From NCBI GenBank assembly GCA_050253335.1, contig JBFWJG010000001.1, positions 46,153-110,152 on the forward strand: a stretch of 64,000 bases of DNA, in the 5' to 3' direction. Positions 1 to 11,626 of this stretch are shown here, in pieces. Each line of letters begins with the position of its first letter. Positions within the stretch are counted from its first letter, which is position 1. A model generated the notes under the pieces. That model saw only the letters and a program-made list of their open reading frames with translations, was not told the origin of the DNA and made no database searches. The translations under genes and the position numbers were made by a program. The DNA comes from Deferribacterales bacterium. Lineage in GTDB: Bacteria > Chrysiogenota > Deferribacteres > Deferribacterales > Geovibrionaceae.

Positions 1-376
1 TGTCGTGGAATATGTTGAAAACATAGGGTTTATCATCTGAAAAGAACACTGATGAGTGAAATTCCAGATAATGCAGACCGCCTGCGGAGTCGACATGGCA
101 GGTGGTCACGGTGTCCACTCTTTTTTCAAGCACGCGGTTCACCAGCTCCATTGTCTTTTCGGGTTTGGACATGGTGAGATCCAGTATTCTTTTTGAGGTG
201 AGTTCTTCAAAACTGTAGCCGTAGAGCCTGCATGCGGCCTCGTTGGCGTCTGTTATTCTTGTGCTTTCCGGTTCGAATGTAAGCATGCACGCGTTGGCGT
301 GTCTGAAAATACGGCCGTAGTCCGGAGCCTGCTCCGCCTTTGTCCGGCAGATGTCCGTTGAATTAAGATATGTCAT
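1..376 (-). CDS. PAS-domain sensor protein (5' part only, runs off window)
   Basis: Manual translation MTYLNSTD...RITDANEAACRLYGYSFEELTSKRILDL matches the PAS N-x-A-x-x-x-x-GY motif. Confidence 0.75.
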   Translation of the reverse strand, partial: MTYLNSTDICRTKAEQAPDYGRIFRHANACMLTFEPESTRITDANEAACRLYGYSFEELTSKRILDLTMSKPEKTMELVNRVLEKRVDTVTTCHVDSAGGLHYLEFHSSVFFSDDKPYVFNIFHD

Positions 377-478
377 TTCCTGTCCTTGGTTTGTGTATCT
401 GATAAATCATATATAGAGCGCAGGCAAAAGCAATACAAAACTGGGACAGGAAATGGGGAAGTTAAGGGCGCTGAGTGT

Positions 479-1312
479 TCAGCACCCTGAAAATTTGTAC
501 CAGATGTTCATGGTTTCCGTTCCGCCGCAGATGTTTGTGTTATTGATCAGCCTGCCGCCGAATCTGTAGCCCCGCTTGGAAAAAGTTATATTCATTCCGT
601 AAGAAAGCGAGCGGGCTATGGTGTAAAACGTGCTTATCCCCAGATGCGGCACTTCCTGCTCCATTTTGGCAAGGAGAGCTGAGGCATAGCCTTTTCCCCT
701 CGCTTCAGGCAGGGTCGCGAAGTCTGTCATCTCTGCCGCTTTGATATGCGGGTTCATCTCCGCACTCGCCAGAGCGGTTATCCTGCCGTTCTCCCTTATG
801 CCGAAATATGCCACGGATTCCCTCATTGTCTGTCTGATATAGTCCGCTTCATGTATGGGAAAAGGGTATGATTCAAAAACCTGCCTGTAAACCCCGGCCA
901 TTTCATCCGCATCGGCGGGCGCCATCCTTTCGCAGGCTTCAGTGAAAGGAGGCTCGCTCTCTTCCGGTTTGTAGCTGAGCGCCTTCAGCAATATGTCGGA
1001 CTGAAGCTTTCTCTCCTTCTCCTCCCTCCGTTCAGGATTGGTGAATTTGGAGAGGAAGACGGCTTTTTCATAAGGTGCGCCGCTGAGAGGAAGCTCCGCC
1101 TCGGTGACGAAGCCTCTCTGCATGAAAATATCCGCTTTCTCAGCCGGAACTTTTGCAATTATTTTGGAATATCCGTTCTGCCCTGCCAGAAGCTCCGCCT
1201 TCGCGGCGGTTTCGTCCCCGCAGGAATCAGGGAATGAGAGAATGTAGACCCTGTCGCTGAATTTGCCGTGGTGAACCTGCGCTCCGTCCAGATTTATGAT
1301 TTCATCCGTCAT
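479..1312 (-). CDS. ablB: beta-lysine N-acetyltransferase (GNAT)
   Basis: [36 protein letters not shown] motifs; directly downstream of lysine 2,3-aminomutase. Confidence 0.9.
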   Translation of the reverse strand: MTDEIINLDGAQVHHGKFSDRVYILSFPDSCGDETAAKAELLAGQNGYSKIIAKVPAEKADIFMQRGFVTEAELPLSGAPYEKAVFLSKFTNPERREEKERKLQSDILLKALSYKPEESEPPFTEACERMAPADADEMAGVYRQVFESYPFPIHEADYIRQTMRESVAYFGIRENGRITALASAEMNPHIKAAEMTDFATLPEARGKGYASALLAKMEQEVPHLGISTFYTIARSLSYGMNITFSKRGYRFGGRLINNTNICGGTETMNIWYKFSGC

Positions 1313-2618
1313 CGTTTCTTCTCCTCAGCCTCTCCGTGTCTTCCGGTATGAGGGTTATCTGATCGTCATAATCCGCCATGAGCCTCTCAATGCCTATGGC
1401 CGCGGGGTTCTCCTCCCCTGTCACATTAAGCACGAGGCTGCATGTGTCGCATTTTCTGTCGCAGAAAACAGGCTCGTAAGAATCCGGCTCCTTGTAAGAG
1501 CAGATAACCCCTTCATAGTTTCGGAGTATAACCTTGTTGGTGGACCATGACACCACATAATTGGGGCTGACGGGTATTTTCCCTCCGCCTCCGGGAGCGT
1601 CGATAACATAAACAGGAACGGCGAACCCGCTTGTGTGTCCCCTCAGTGATTCAATTATCTCTATACCCTTGCCCACGGGAGTGCGGAAGTGCGAAAGCCC
1701 TTCGGAAAGGTCGCACTGATAAAGGTAATAAGGGCGGACACGGTGGCTGACCAGCTTCTGAACCAGCTTTCTCATGATGTAGGGGCAGTCGTTCACCCCT
1801 GCGAGAAGAACGGACTGATTGCCCAGAGGCACTCCCGCCGAGGAGAGCCTGCGCAGTGCGGCGGCTGAGGAATCGGTTATTTCTCTGGGGTGGTTGAAGT
1901 GGGTATTCAGCCAAAGATTAGGATAGCTCCCCAGAAGCGCCGCGAGCTCCTCCGTGATTCTGTAGGGGAGGACAACGGGCATCCTTGTCCCTATGCGGAT
2001 CACCTCCACATGCTCAATTGCGCTGAGCTCATCGAGAATCCATTCAATGGCGGAATCTGTCAGCATGAGCGGATCCCCGCCTGATATAAGAACGTCCCTT
2101 ACTTCGGGGGTCTTTCTGATGTAGGCAAGCCCTTTCTCAAGGGTGTCCCTGCCGGGGATGAAGTCCTTGTCCCCGACCTTGCGCTTTCTTGTGCAGTGAC
2201 GGCAGTACATAGCGCACATGTTGCTTACATGAAAAAGAACCCTGTCCGGGTAGCGGTGGGTGATGCATTCCGCGGGGCTGTCCACATCTTCGGACAGGGG
2301 GTCGCTCATCTCCCAGCTTTCGGTTATAAGTTCGTTAACGGACGGAAATGCCTGTCTGAAAACGGGATCATCCCGCCAGTTTTCCCTGTCTATGAGGGAG
2401 GCGTAGTAGGGGGTGATTGCTATGGGGAACTTTTCCGCAGTCATTTCAAGGTGCTTGCGCTCTTCCGGAGTAAAGCTTATCCCCAGAACCTCTTCAAAGG
2501 TTTTTATGTCCTTAATCGTTCTGCGGAGCTGCCAGTGCCAGTTTTTCCAGTCCTGCAGACCCGAATCGGGCTGGATGGATTCGGCTATGGACTTTTGGTT
2601 CGGTGTATATATACTCAC
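1302..2618 (-). CDS. ablA: lysine 2,3-aminomutase (radical SAM, KamA family)
   Basis: [19 protein letters not shown] (CxxxCxxC), [13 protein letters not shown]. Confidence 0.95.
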   Translation of the reverse strand: MSIYTPNQKSIAESIQPDSGLQDWKNWHWQLRRTIKDIKTFEEVLGISFTPEERKHLEMTAEKFPIAITPYYASLIDRENWRDDPVFRQAFPSVNELITESWEMSDPLSEDVDSPAECITHRYPDRVLFHVSNMCAMYCRHCTRKRKVGDKDFIPGRDTLEKGLAYIRKTPEVRDVLISGGDPLMLTDSAIEWILDELSAIEHVEVIRIGTRMPVVLPYRITEELAALLGSYPNLWLNTHFNHPREITDSSAAALRRLSSAGVPLGNQSVLLAGVNDCPYIMRKLVQKLVSHRVRPYYLYQCDLSEGLSHFRTPVGKGIEIIESLRGHTSGFAVPVYVIDAPGGGGKIPVSPNYVVSWSTNKVILRNYEGVICSYKEPDSYEPVFCDRKCDTCSLVLNVTGEENPAAIGIERLMADYDDQITLIPEDTERLRRRNDDG

Positions 2619-2825
2619 TGTTTCCTCCTTGATATTATGACCAATTATACCTTATATTGACATATTTTCAACATGAAATATAAATATGTGCAGTAATAAT
2701 GCCCCGATAAATAGGCATAAAAGGCTGTTTTACGGCTTTTCGGGATTATTTTGATGTTAAAAGTTCCTCAAATGTGCCGTTCTTGGTTGACAAACAGATA
2801 GCCCTCTGATATTTCCGTTTAATTT

Positions 2826-3257
2826 ATGAAACTGAAGATCGTAATGTCCTCGCGGATACGAGACAAAGCCGTGGAAGAACTGACGGCGGAATATGTGAAA
2901 AGAATCGGCGCATATGCCGAGTGTTCCGTGGTTGAGGCTTTTTCGGCCAATAAGGCAAAGCAGCTTCCTCTCCTGCTCAGGGCGGGCGAAGGCGCTCTGG
3001 TGGGCATGGACCCGAAAGGGAAAAGATTCACCAGCGAAAAATTTGCAGGCTGGCTCGAAAAAAAGCTTGAAGAAAACGGCGCGGTTACTTTTTTTATCGG
3101 CGAGGCGGACGGACTGCACGAAGAGCTTAAAGCCCGTTTGGACGATACCGTCTCTCTCTCGGAAATGACAATGGCGCACAGGATAAGCCTTGTTGTTCTC
3201 GCGGAGCAGCTTTACAGGGCATTAACAATAATTAAGGGTCATCCCTACCATAAATAG
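2826..3257 (+). CDS. rlmH: 23S rRNA pseudouridine-1915 N3-methyltransferase
   Basis: SPOUT motifs FFIGEADGL, SLSEMTMAH, EQLYRA..I.KGHPYHK. Confidence 0.92.
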   Translation: MKLKIVMSSRIRDKAVEELTAEYVKRIGAYAECSVVEAFSANKAKQLPLLLRAGEGALVGMDPKGKRFTSEKFAGWLEKKLEENGAVTFFIGEADGLHEELKARLDDTVSLSEMTMAHRISLVVLAEQLYRALTIIKGHPYHK

Positions 3258-3269
3258 GAGGGTTAATGT

Positions 3270-3635
3270 ATGATGGATGCTGAAAGGTTAAGCTACCATA
3301 GACAGAAACTTCTCGATATGAAGAAAGAACTTATCGAGAAGCTGAACGAAAAGTATAACGAAGCGATCAAGCTCGGTACTGAAGGGGTTCAGGATTCCGC
3401 TGACGAGGCTTACAACATCTACAACAAAAACCTCATGCTCGGTAAGGTCGAAACCGATGCGCTTAAACTCAGGCTGGTTGAGCAGGCTCTCCAGCGCATA
3501 GCGACCGGAACCTACGGAGTGTGCATTGAGTGCGAGGAGGAGATCGAGCAGAAAAGGCTTGAGTATGTCCCCTTCGCAAGGTACTGCACCGACTGCAAAT
3601 CCGAACTGGAAAAAAAGGGTCTCATAAAAATGTAG
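3270..3635 (+). CDS. dksA: TraR/DksA family C4 zinc-finger regulator
   Basis: DSADEA coiled-coil tip, GTYGVCIEC...RL...PFARYCTDC. Confidence 0.85.
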   Translation: MMDAERLSYHRQKLLDMKKELIEKLNEKYNEAIKLGTEGVQDSADEAYNIYNKNLMLGKVETDALKLRLVEQALQRIATGTYGVCIECEEEIEQKRLEYVPFARYCTDCKSELEKKGLIKM

Positions 3636-3897
3636 CATAAGCCCCGCGGGAGCAGGTTTTCTTCTTCCGCGGGCAGTTTGTTTATTTCGGCTTAAATCAG
3701 GTCTTTTTCTGTTGCCGTTTTTCACCGCCTCTATTATCTTAACGCTTGCGCGCGCATTTCGCGAGAATGTGGTTTTGCTGAAAATCATTCTCCGCTGTTC
3801 TGTGTGTCCTCCGTGCAGCCGGACCTTGTTTATCAGGGTGCGGGCGTGTATGGAAATTCTCATGGCTGAAGAATTTTTTTGTTAATGAAGGTGCATT

Positions 3898-5421
3898 ATG
3901 GCAGCAAGACTCATTTTACTGATACTCGACGGCTGGGGCTGCCGCGAAGATGAAAGAAACAACGCGGTTTCCCTGTCCCGTCCGGCTAATTTTCTGAAGC
4001 TGATGAAAACATGCCCCCACACCCTGCTTGATGCCAGCGAGGAGAGGGTCGGACTGCCCGCGGGGCAGATGGGCAACTCCGAGGTCGGGCACACCAACAT
4101 AGGCGCGGGACGCATAGTCTATCAGGATTTCCTGAAAATCAGCATGGATGTCCGCTCCGGCGAGATTGAAAAAAACACAAATATAAATACATTCTTTGAA
4201 GACACGCTCAAAGGTTCAGGCAGGCTGCACTTCTTCGGTCTGCTTTCAGACGGCGGAGTACACAGTCACATCGACCACCTGAAAGGTCTGGTGAAAATGG
4301 CGCAGGCAAAAGGTATTTCGCATATCTTCATCCACGCCTTCACCGACGGCAGGGACACCCCCCCTAAAAGCGGCATAGATTACGTCAGGGAGATTGAAGC
4401 ATTCCTTGAGGAAACCGGGGCAGGGCGGATCGCCACTGTCTGCGGCAGGTATTACGCCATGGACAGGGACAAAAGATGGGACAGAGTGGAAAAGGCTTAC
4501 AACATGCTCCGTCTGGGAGAGGGACGAAAGGTTCAGTCAGCTTCTCAGGCAGTGCTCGATTCCTACGCGGGCAGTGAGACGGACGAGTTCATTCAGCCCT
4601 CAGTCATTCAGGGTGTTGACGGAAAAGTGAAGGACGGGGATTTTGTCTTTTTCTATAACTTCCGTGCCGACAGAGCCAGAGAACTCTGCCTCGCCTTCAA
4701 TGACCGCAGCTTCGGCGGTTTTGCCCGCAAAGACCACCCGCATGTGAACTTCATGACCCTCACCAGATATGAGAAGAACTACACCTTCCCCGTGGCCTAT
4801 CCGCCGGAGGAGCTTAACGAGATATTCGGCGAGGTCATCAGCCGAGAAGGCTTAAAACAGCTCCGCATAGCCGAAACCGAGAAATACGCCCACGTGACGT
4901 ACTTCTTCAACGGCGGGCGGGAGACCGTTTTTGAGGGTGAGGAGCGCGAGCTTATTGAATCCCCCAAGGACGTGCCCACTTATGACAAAAAACCTGAGAT
5001 GAGCGTTTATAAAGTCGCTGAAAAATTCAGGGAAGTTTTCCTGAAAGGTGATGTTGACGTGGCTGTTATGAACTTCGCAAACCCCGACATGGTGGGGCAC
5101 ACCGGAGTTGAGGAAGCGGCGGTTAACGCCTGCCGCGCCGTGGATGAATGCCTGGGCGAAGTAATCCGCATCGCGGATGAAACAGGCGCGGTTCTTGCCG
5201 TTACGGCGGATCACGGCAACTGTGAGCAGATGTGGGATTATGAAAACGATCAGCCCCACACTGCACATACCTTGAATCCTGTGCCGTTTATAGTTTATAA
5301 TTATAAATGCGTACTTCAGAGCGAAAAAGGCAAGCTGGCGGACATTGCGCCGACCCTGCTTGACATCATGGGAATAAACCAGCCGGAAGCAATGACCGGA
5401 AAGTCGCTTCTGGTAAAATAA
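3898..5421 (+). CDS. gpmI: 2,3-bisphosphoglycerate-independent phosphoglycerate mutase
   Basis: ILDGWG, GQMGNSEVGH, DGRDT, AETEKYAHVT, NPDMVGHTG. Confidence 0.97.
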   Translation: MAARLILLILDGWGCREDERNNAVSLSRPANFLKLMKTCPHTLLDASEERVGLPAGQMGNSEVGHTNIGAGRIVYQDFLKISMDVRSGEIEKNTNINTFFEDTLKGSGRLHFFGLLSDGGVHSHIDHLKGLVKMAQAKGISHIFIHAFTDGRDTPPKSGIDYVREIEAFLEETGAGRIATVCGRYYAMDRDKRWDRVEKAYNMLRLGEGRKVQSASQAVLDSYAGSETDEFIQPSVIQGVDGKVKDGDFVFFYNFRADRARELCLAFNDRSFGGFARKDHPHVNFMTLTRYEKNYTFPVAYPPEELNEIFGEVISREGLKQLRIAETEKYAHVTYFFNGGRETVFEGEERELIESPKDVPTYDKKPEMSVYKVAEKFREVFLKGDVDVAVMNFANPDMVGHTGVEEAAVNACRAVDECLGEVIRIADETGAVLAVTADHGNCEQMWDYENDQPHTAHTLNPVPFIVYNYKCVLQSEKGKLADIAPTLLDIMGINQPEAMTGKSLLVK

Positions 5422-5446
5422 ATTTTTAAAGGGGGCGGGACAGAAT

Positions 5447-6109
5447 ATGTTTTCTGAAATTTTCCGCCCCGTTTGCGCCGCCTGCGGCGAGGACTCGCCG
5501 GAGGGTATTTTCTGCGCGGAATGCGGGGAAAGCCTGCGCCGCCTGAAGATGTTCTGCCGTACATGCGGACATCCGCTGAATGTTGACGCTCTGACGTGCG
5601 GTTTCTGCCCGTCAAGGCGCTATGACAGGCTTTTTACCGACTACCTCTATGCTCCGCCGGTTAAGGAACTGCTTAAAAAGATCAAGTTTGCTTACGGTGT
5701 GAGAGGTATTTTTCATCTTGGTGAACTGATTAGGCAGCCGGCGGAGATGTTTTCGGTGTATGATGTAATTACACCCGTGCCTTCGCACTACACACGGAAG
5801 CTTCGCAGGATAATGCATCCGGCGGATATTCTGGCGGCGCACATAGCCTCCGCGGCGGGAAAAAAAGCTGAAAGGCTCATAGTCCGCCGTAGAAAGACCG
5901 GCTATCAGTGGAAACTGAAAAAAAAGCAGAGAATAAGGAACGTAAGCGGAGCCTTCGCCCTTAACGGTGAATGTTCGGGAAAGAAAATCCTCATTGTTGA
6001 CGATATTTACACAACCGGTTCCACCGTCAACGAATGCGCAGGGGTTCTCAAAATAAACGGAGCGGAGCTTGTGGACGTATACGCCCTGAGCTGCACAGGA
6101 TATTATTAA
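5447..6109 (+). CDS. comF: ComF family amidophosphoribosyltransferase-like protein
   Basis: N-terminal CxxC pairs plus PRTase motif ILIVDDIYTTGST. Confidence 0.85.
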   Translation: MFSEIFRPVCAACGEDSPEGIFCAECGESLRRLKMFCRTCGHPLNVDALTCGFCPSRRYDRLFTDYLYAPPVKELLKKIKFAYGVRGIFHLGELIRQPAEMFSVYDVITPVPSHYTRKLRRIMHPADILAAHIASAAGKKAERLIVRRRKTGYQWKLKKKQRIRNVSGAFALNGECSGKKILIVDDIYTTGSTVNECAGVLKINGAELVDVYALSCTGYY

Positions 6110-6122
6110 TGGAGTTTTTCAG

Positions 6123-7772
6123 ATGAAGATGCTGGACATGCTCGCATCCAACCTTGCGGGGCTGGATTTTCCCATGTTTGCATATCTCCCGCGTACGGGG
6201 AAAATGTACCGCCTTGACGGGGGGAAAACATCGCCCATGCCTGTTCCCGAAACGATCAGGCCGGGGCTTGAGGATGAAACCAAGTCTGTTATATATTTCA
6301 GGAAGGGAGAGGAGATTATTGTCTTCTTCTTTTTCCGGATTGAGGCGGAAGGGAGTGAAATAATCCTCGTTATTCAGGACGGCAAAGGGGGGCAGCGTCC
6401 GGCAAGGGTGCTCTCTGTTTTTGCCTCTAAGGCGCTCACGGAGAAGCCGGTTCCCGCACCGGAGCCTGTTTTCAGGAATTACTCCGCGGATGATTCGCTC
6501 CGCCGCGAGCTTGAGCGGATGGTGGGCAGGGTCACCGAGCTTGAGATAAGCCTCACCGAGAAAGACGCCAGACTTATGGAGCTTCAGCGCAGGCTGTTTG
6601 TTCAGAACGAGCTTCTGGACAAGATGGAGAGCGCGGAAAGCAAGGATGAAGGGCGCCTTGAAGAGATAATGGAGCTGAAAGAGCAGATTGTGGCCAAAAA
6701 TGAGGAGATAGCAAGCCTCGAAGCGGAGATTCAGTCGCTCCAGATTGAGGCCGAATCCCTGAACGGCAAGCTCAGCAGCTATGACGATGTTCTTTCGGAT
6801 AATGATGTCAAGATACACGAGCTTGAGGCCGAGCTCGAAAATCAGGGCGAAGAACTGGCAAAAGCAGAAGATCTCAACGGCATTCTTAAAACCAGCCGAA
6901 ACAAGATAAGAAAGCTCATGGACGGACTGCCCATGCCGCTTTTCTCTGTGGATAAACACTATATTGTCAAAAACGTCAACCGTGCCGCCGGAGATTTTGC
7001 CGGAAACGGACCCCTCAACGAAATTGTCGGTCAGGAGTGCTACAAAGCTTTCTACGGATTTGACGCGCCCTGTTCGTGGTGCCACCTTTCGGATGCTCTG
7101 GAAGGGAAGGAAACCACGGAGCATATAGATGTGTATAAAAAGGACAAGCTTCTCAAGATAGAGCAGCAGATGTACCCTGTGCACAATAACGAAGGCGAAG
7201 TGGACGAGGCGGGCGAGCATCTCTTTGACATGACGGAGCAATATGAGCTGATAAACTCCCTTGAAACATACAGAGGGCAGATTAAGAAGTATAAAATGTC
7301 AAAGCTCAATGATATTAACGAGATAGAAGAACTTAAAAAAGAATATACCACCCTGAACGAAAGCTATGAGGAACTTCAGGCTAAGTTTCAGAAAATGCGC
7401 GTGACTCTGGAAAGGCTTCTCTCCGAAGATAAGATGAATGAGCTTCTGCGTACCAGAAACGAAAACGCCGAGCTGAGAAACAAGCTCACCCGTGCCGCCA
7501 GCGCACTCAGAAACTATCAGGTTAACCTTGACGACAGCAAAACCAGATACACCGAGCTGAATAAAAAGACGGTTTACCAGCTTGAGAGGCTGATAAACGT
7601 GCTCAATAACAAGGCAACCCTCAAACAGCCCGATATGGAACAGAGTCTCGCTTTCATCAACAGCGAGATTGCCCGCCTTAAACGTGATTATGATAAACTT
7701 TGTGGTGGAAAAACAGCCAAAACAAGTGTAAATGTTAGTGACGCCCCGGAAGGCGCGCCGGAAGCGGATTGA
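6123..7772 (+). CDS. long coiled-coil protein with central PAS domain
   Basis: E/L-rich heptads flank a PAS-like block (VNRAA...IVGQECYKAFYGFDAPCSWC). Confidence 0.6.
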   Translation: MKMLDMLASNLAGLDFPMFAYLPRTGKMYRLDGGKTSPMPVPETIRPGLEDETKSVIYFRKGEEIIVFFFFRIEAEGSEIILVIQDGKGGQRPARVLSVFASKALTEKPVPAPEPVFRNYSADDSLRRELERMVGRVTELEISLTEKDARLMELQRRLFVQNELLDKMESAESKDEGRLEEIMELKEQIVAKNEEIASLEAEIQSLQIEAESLNGKLSSYDDVLSDNDVKIHELEAELENQGEELAKAEDLNGILKTSRNKIRKLMDGLPMPLFSVDKHYIVKNVNRAAGDFAGNGPLNEIVGQECYKAFYGFDAPCSWCHLSDALEGKETTEHIDVYKKDKLLKIEQQMYPVHNNEGEVDEAGEHLFDMTEQYELINSLETYRGQIKKYKMSKLNDINEIEELKKEYTTLNESYEELQAKFQKMRVTLERLLSEDKMNELLRTRNENAELRNKLTRAASALRNYQVNLDDSKTRYTELNKKTVYQLERLINVLNNKATLKQPDMEQSLAFINSEIARLKRDYDKLCGGKTAKTSVNVSDAPEGAPEAD

Positions 7773-7895
7773 CAGTGTTTTTTCCAGAACGCTGTCTCGT
7801 TTTCGGGACGGGCAGAGTTTTATCCGTACAGGCGCACAGGGACGGTATGCTGACTCCGTTTAAGCGGAGTTTTTCAGTTTAATGTAAAAAATTAA

Positions 7896-8912
<1,017 letters not shown>

Positions 8913-8933
8913 TCCGGCAGCGGACAGAACGAA

Positions 8934-10103
8934 ATGGCTAAGAGCATAAAGGATCTTGAATTAAAAGGAAGAAGGCTGTTCATGAGGGTGGATTTCAACA
9001 TCCCCCTCAAAGACGGCGTGGTTCAGGACGATACGCGCATACGCGAGGCTTTGGAATCCATCAGGTACGCCAAGGACGCGGGGGCGAGGGTTATTCTCGC
9101 CTCCCATCTGGGCAGACCCAAAGGCGAGAGAAATCCGGCGTATTCCCTTGAACCTGTTGCGGAATATATCAGCAAGAACTACTTCCATGTGGATTTCATA
9201 GACGACTGCATCGGCGAAAAAGTGCAGCAGACGGTCGGCAGGATGCGCGACGGCGAGGTTCTGCTTCTGGAAAACCTGCGCTTTTATAAAGGCGAGGAGA
9301 AAAACCTCCCCGAGTTCACTGCTGAACTTGCGAAGCTTGCGGATGCTTATGTGAACGATGCCTTCGGCACATGCCACAGAAAGCACGCCTCCGTTTACGG
9401 ACTTCCCGAACTTGTTCAGGACAAGGCGGCCGGCTTCTTGGTTGAAAGAGAGATAAAATATTTCGAAAAGCTGCTGAAAAACGCCGACAGGCCATTCGCG
9501 GCTATCCTCGGCGGAGCTAAGGTTTCGGATAAGATAGGCGTTATCGAATCCCTGATCGAGCTTGCGGACAGAATCTTCATCGGCGGCGCCATGGCTTACA
9601 CTTTCCTTAAATTCAAGGGAATTAAGACGGGCATTTCCCTTGTCGAGTCGGATCAGGATGAAACTGTGGACAAAATCCTCAGAAAAGCGGCCGAGAAGGG
9701 AGTGCAGATATATCTTCCCGTTGATCATGTTGTTGCGCCTGAATTTAACTCATTATCAGGTATAATCACTGAGGGTGCGGACATAGCTGACGGAATGATG
9801 GGACTTGATATAGGCTCTAAAACTACTCAGTTGTACATCAAGGCGCTTGAGGAGTGCAGAACAGTGCTCTGGAACGGACCTATGGGCGTATTTGAGAAGG
9901 AGCAGTTCTCCAAGGGAACATTCTCGCTGGCGAGGGCTCTGGGCGACAGTGACGCTGTGGTTGTTGTAGGCGGGGGTGACTCTGTTTCCGCTGCCTGTCA
10001 GGCGGGCGTTGCGGACAAGCTGGCGCATATCTCCACCGGCGGCGGCGCTTCTCTGGAATATATAGAGTTCGGCAGACTGCCCGGAATCGAAATTTTAGGA
10101 TAA
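8934..10103 (+). CDS. pgk: phosphoglycerate kinase
   Basis: [31 protein letters not shown]. Confidence 0.98.
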   Translation: MAKSIKDLELKGRRLFMRVDFNIPLKDGVVQDDTRIREALESIRYAKDAGARVILASHLGRPKGERNPAYSLEPVAEYISKNYFHVDFIDDCIGEKVQQTVGRMRDGEVLLLENLRFYKGEEKNLPEFTAELAKLADAYVNDAFGTCHRKHASVYGLPELVQDKAAGFLVEREIKYFEKLLKNADRPFAAILGGAKVSDKIGVIESLIELADRIFIGGAMAYTFLKFKGIKTGISLVESDQDETVDKILRKAAEKGVQIYLPVDHVVAPEFNSLSGIITEGADIADGMMGLDIGSKTTQLYIKALEECRTVLWNGPMGVFEKEQFSKGTFSLARALGDSDAVVVVGGGDSVSAACQAGVADKLAHISTGGGASLEYIEFGRLPGIEILG

Positions 10104-10154
10104 AAAAATAAAGTCTCTGCTTCATTTGTGAAGCAGGTCAAAGTTTTTAAGGTT

Positions 10155-10194
10155 TTTTGGGGAAGCTTTTTTTAAAAGTTTCCCCAATTTTTTT
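10155..10194 (+). terminator. intrinsic terminator after pgk
   Basis: ttggggaagcttt..aaagtttccccaa hairpin followed by a T run. Confidence 0.65.
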
Positions 10195-10242
10195 GGCTTA
10201 ATTTCTGATAGTTCGGAAGCGGTACGTCCTGTTATGATAAAT

Positions 10243-10332
10243 CCCCCTCTTATCCCCCTTTTATAAAGGGGGAGGTTATTTCAGATAAACGAAAAACACC
10301 CTCCTTTTGCAAAAGGAGGGCAAGGGAGGATT
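10243..10332. repeat. pair of REP-like CCCCCTTT-N-AAAGGGGG palindromes
   Basis: cccccttttataaaggggg and ccctccttttgcaaaaggaggg; related copies at ~49562-49592 and ~54931-55017. Confidence 0.7.
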
Positions 10333-10366
10333 TCTGCCGATAGGTATGTCTTTTTAATTGCTGAAA

Positions 10367-10447
10367 TGTCTTTCTGAGCGTCAGCGAAGAATCATCGGAC
10401 GACTGCCTGCATATGAGATCCTTCACCCCTTTAGGGTTCAGGATGAC
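10367..10447. repeat. REP-like element, GTCATTCTGAGCG..GCGAAGAATC type
   Basis: gtctttctgagcgtcagcgaagaatc...gagatccttca...ttcaggatgac; homologous copy at 61984-62052. Confidence 0.7.
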
Positions 10448-10460
10448 TCATTGAGCAGCC

Positions 10461-10745
10461 TTACTTTCCGCCGCTGACCTTGGTTGATTTCTGATAGTTC
10501 GGAAGCGGTACGTCCTGTCCGTTTCTTTACACGCTCACGCCTTGCAGAGCAAGGCTTCGCTTCGCACGGCGCATTCCCATCCATGGGAGTGTTTACTTTC
10601 CGCCGCTGACCTTGCTTAATTTCTGATAGTTCAGAAACGGTACGTCCTGTCCGTTTCTTCACACGCTCGCGCCTTGCAGAGCAAGGCTTCGCTCCGCACG
10701 GCGCACTCCCATCCATGGGAGTGTTTATTTCCCGCCGCTGACCTT
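10461..10745. repeat. 132-bp tandem repeat (2 full copies plus start of a third; partial copy at ~10196-10232)
   Basis: Units start at 10461, 10593 and 10725; near-identical, with internal palindromes. Confidence 0.9.
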
Positions 10746-11156
10746 ATCAAGGGCCATGTCGTTGATTTTCTTTTCGTCCCCTTTTCTGATTGAGGTGAAC
10801 TGGATTCCGCAGAGCTTATGTGTGCGCCATGCAACACGCCCGCGTATTATGTCGCTGGCGAAAATATCTGCCGTAAGCGGCATGTTGGGGCATTTGAGGC
10901 AGGCAAGTTTTTTAAGGGAGTGCTTGTTCCCTATTTCAACTTCCTCGCCTTCAAGCAGGTTGCTGTTGTGGAAAATACAGAGACCGCCCGCGCTGTAGTC
11001 GTGCACACGGGCAATAAAGCATGTGGAGGGTTCTTTCAGCCCTGTTTTCTTGTCTGTTTTCAAAACCGCAACGCAGAGTCTGAAGCCGCCGGGCGCACGC
11101 CTGAAGTTTCTCTTGCGCTCCCCTTTTCCGATTAAACCTTTTAATTTATCCAGCAT
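10725..11156 (-). CDS. PilZ-domain (c-di-GMP binding) protein
   Basis: RxxxR (ERKRNFRR) and D-x-S-x-x-G (HDYSAGG) motifs, GRVAWR...CGIQF. Confidence 0.75.
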   Translation of the reverse strand: MLDKLKGLIGKGERKRNFRRAPGGFRLCVAVLKTDKKTGLKEPSTCFIARVHDYSAGGLCIFHNSNLLEGEEVEIGNKHSLKKLACLKCPNMPLTADIFASDIIRGRVAWRTHKLCGIQFTSIRKGDEKKINDMALDKVSGGK

Positions 11157-11230
11157 TGTGTATGAACCTATAAATATTTATACAATTCTACATGAAATTG
11201 TTATAAAATTACAAGACTTCGGAGAAAAAA

Positions 11231-11626
11231 ATGACAGATGTTGCGGCAGCGGTGATTTTTAAGGACAACAAAGTATTTCTGGCAAGAAGAAAACCTAACC
11301 AGAGGCTGGGCGGGTTCTGGGAATTTCCCGGAGGAAAGATTGAACAGGGCGAATCCGGCGCGGAGGCTATCATCCGCGAGATAAAAGAGGAGCTCGGAAT
11401 CAATGTTCAGGTTGGCGGGCTCATAGGCCAGTGCATCCACCATTATGACACATGGTCTATCCGTCTTATTGTGTATGAGTGCGACTGGGTTTCAGGGCGT
11501 CTTGTGCCGAGGGTGCATGACGATACTGCGTGGGTGGATGCTGACGAACTGGCTTCCTACAGCCTCGCTCCGGCGGATGTGCATTTTGTCGAGCCTGTGC
11601 GCGCGATAATGCTCAGCAGAGCCTAA
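11231..11626 (+). CDS. NUDIX hydrolase, MutT/NudG-like
   Basis: WEFPGGKIEQGESGAEAIIREIKEELG Nudix box. Confidence 0.9.
   Translation: MTDVAAAVIFKDNKVFLARRKPNQRLGGFWEFPGGKIEQGESGAEAIIREIKEELGINVQVGGLIGQCIHHYDTWSIRLIVYECDWVSGRLVPRVHDDTAWVDADELASYSLAPADVHFVEPVRAIMLSRA

Noticed and set aside
3288..3863. 191-aa minus-strand ORF over dksA
   Set aside because: Overlaps dksA antisense, crosses its terminator hairpin and has no motif; a short gene in 3700-3863 cannot be excluded.
7070..7086. CSWCH as a c-type heme site
   Set aside because: The protein has no signal peptide or TM; the cysteines fit a cytoplasmic PAS-associated motif.
6048..7241. 397-aa minus-strand ORF, and similar long antisense ORFs at 8961, 12149, 13287, 24961 and 33170
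   Set aside because: Antisense shadows of well-supported genes, with no recognisable motifs.
10461..10745. Possible CRISPR array
   Set aside because: Whole 132-bp units are near-identical with no unique spacers, and there are no cas genes in the window.
10438..10837. ORFs 10438-10716 and 10631-10837
   Set aside because: They are translations of the tandem repeat (132 is a multiple of 3) with no protein-like features.
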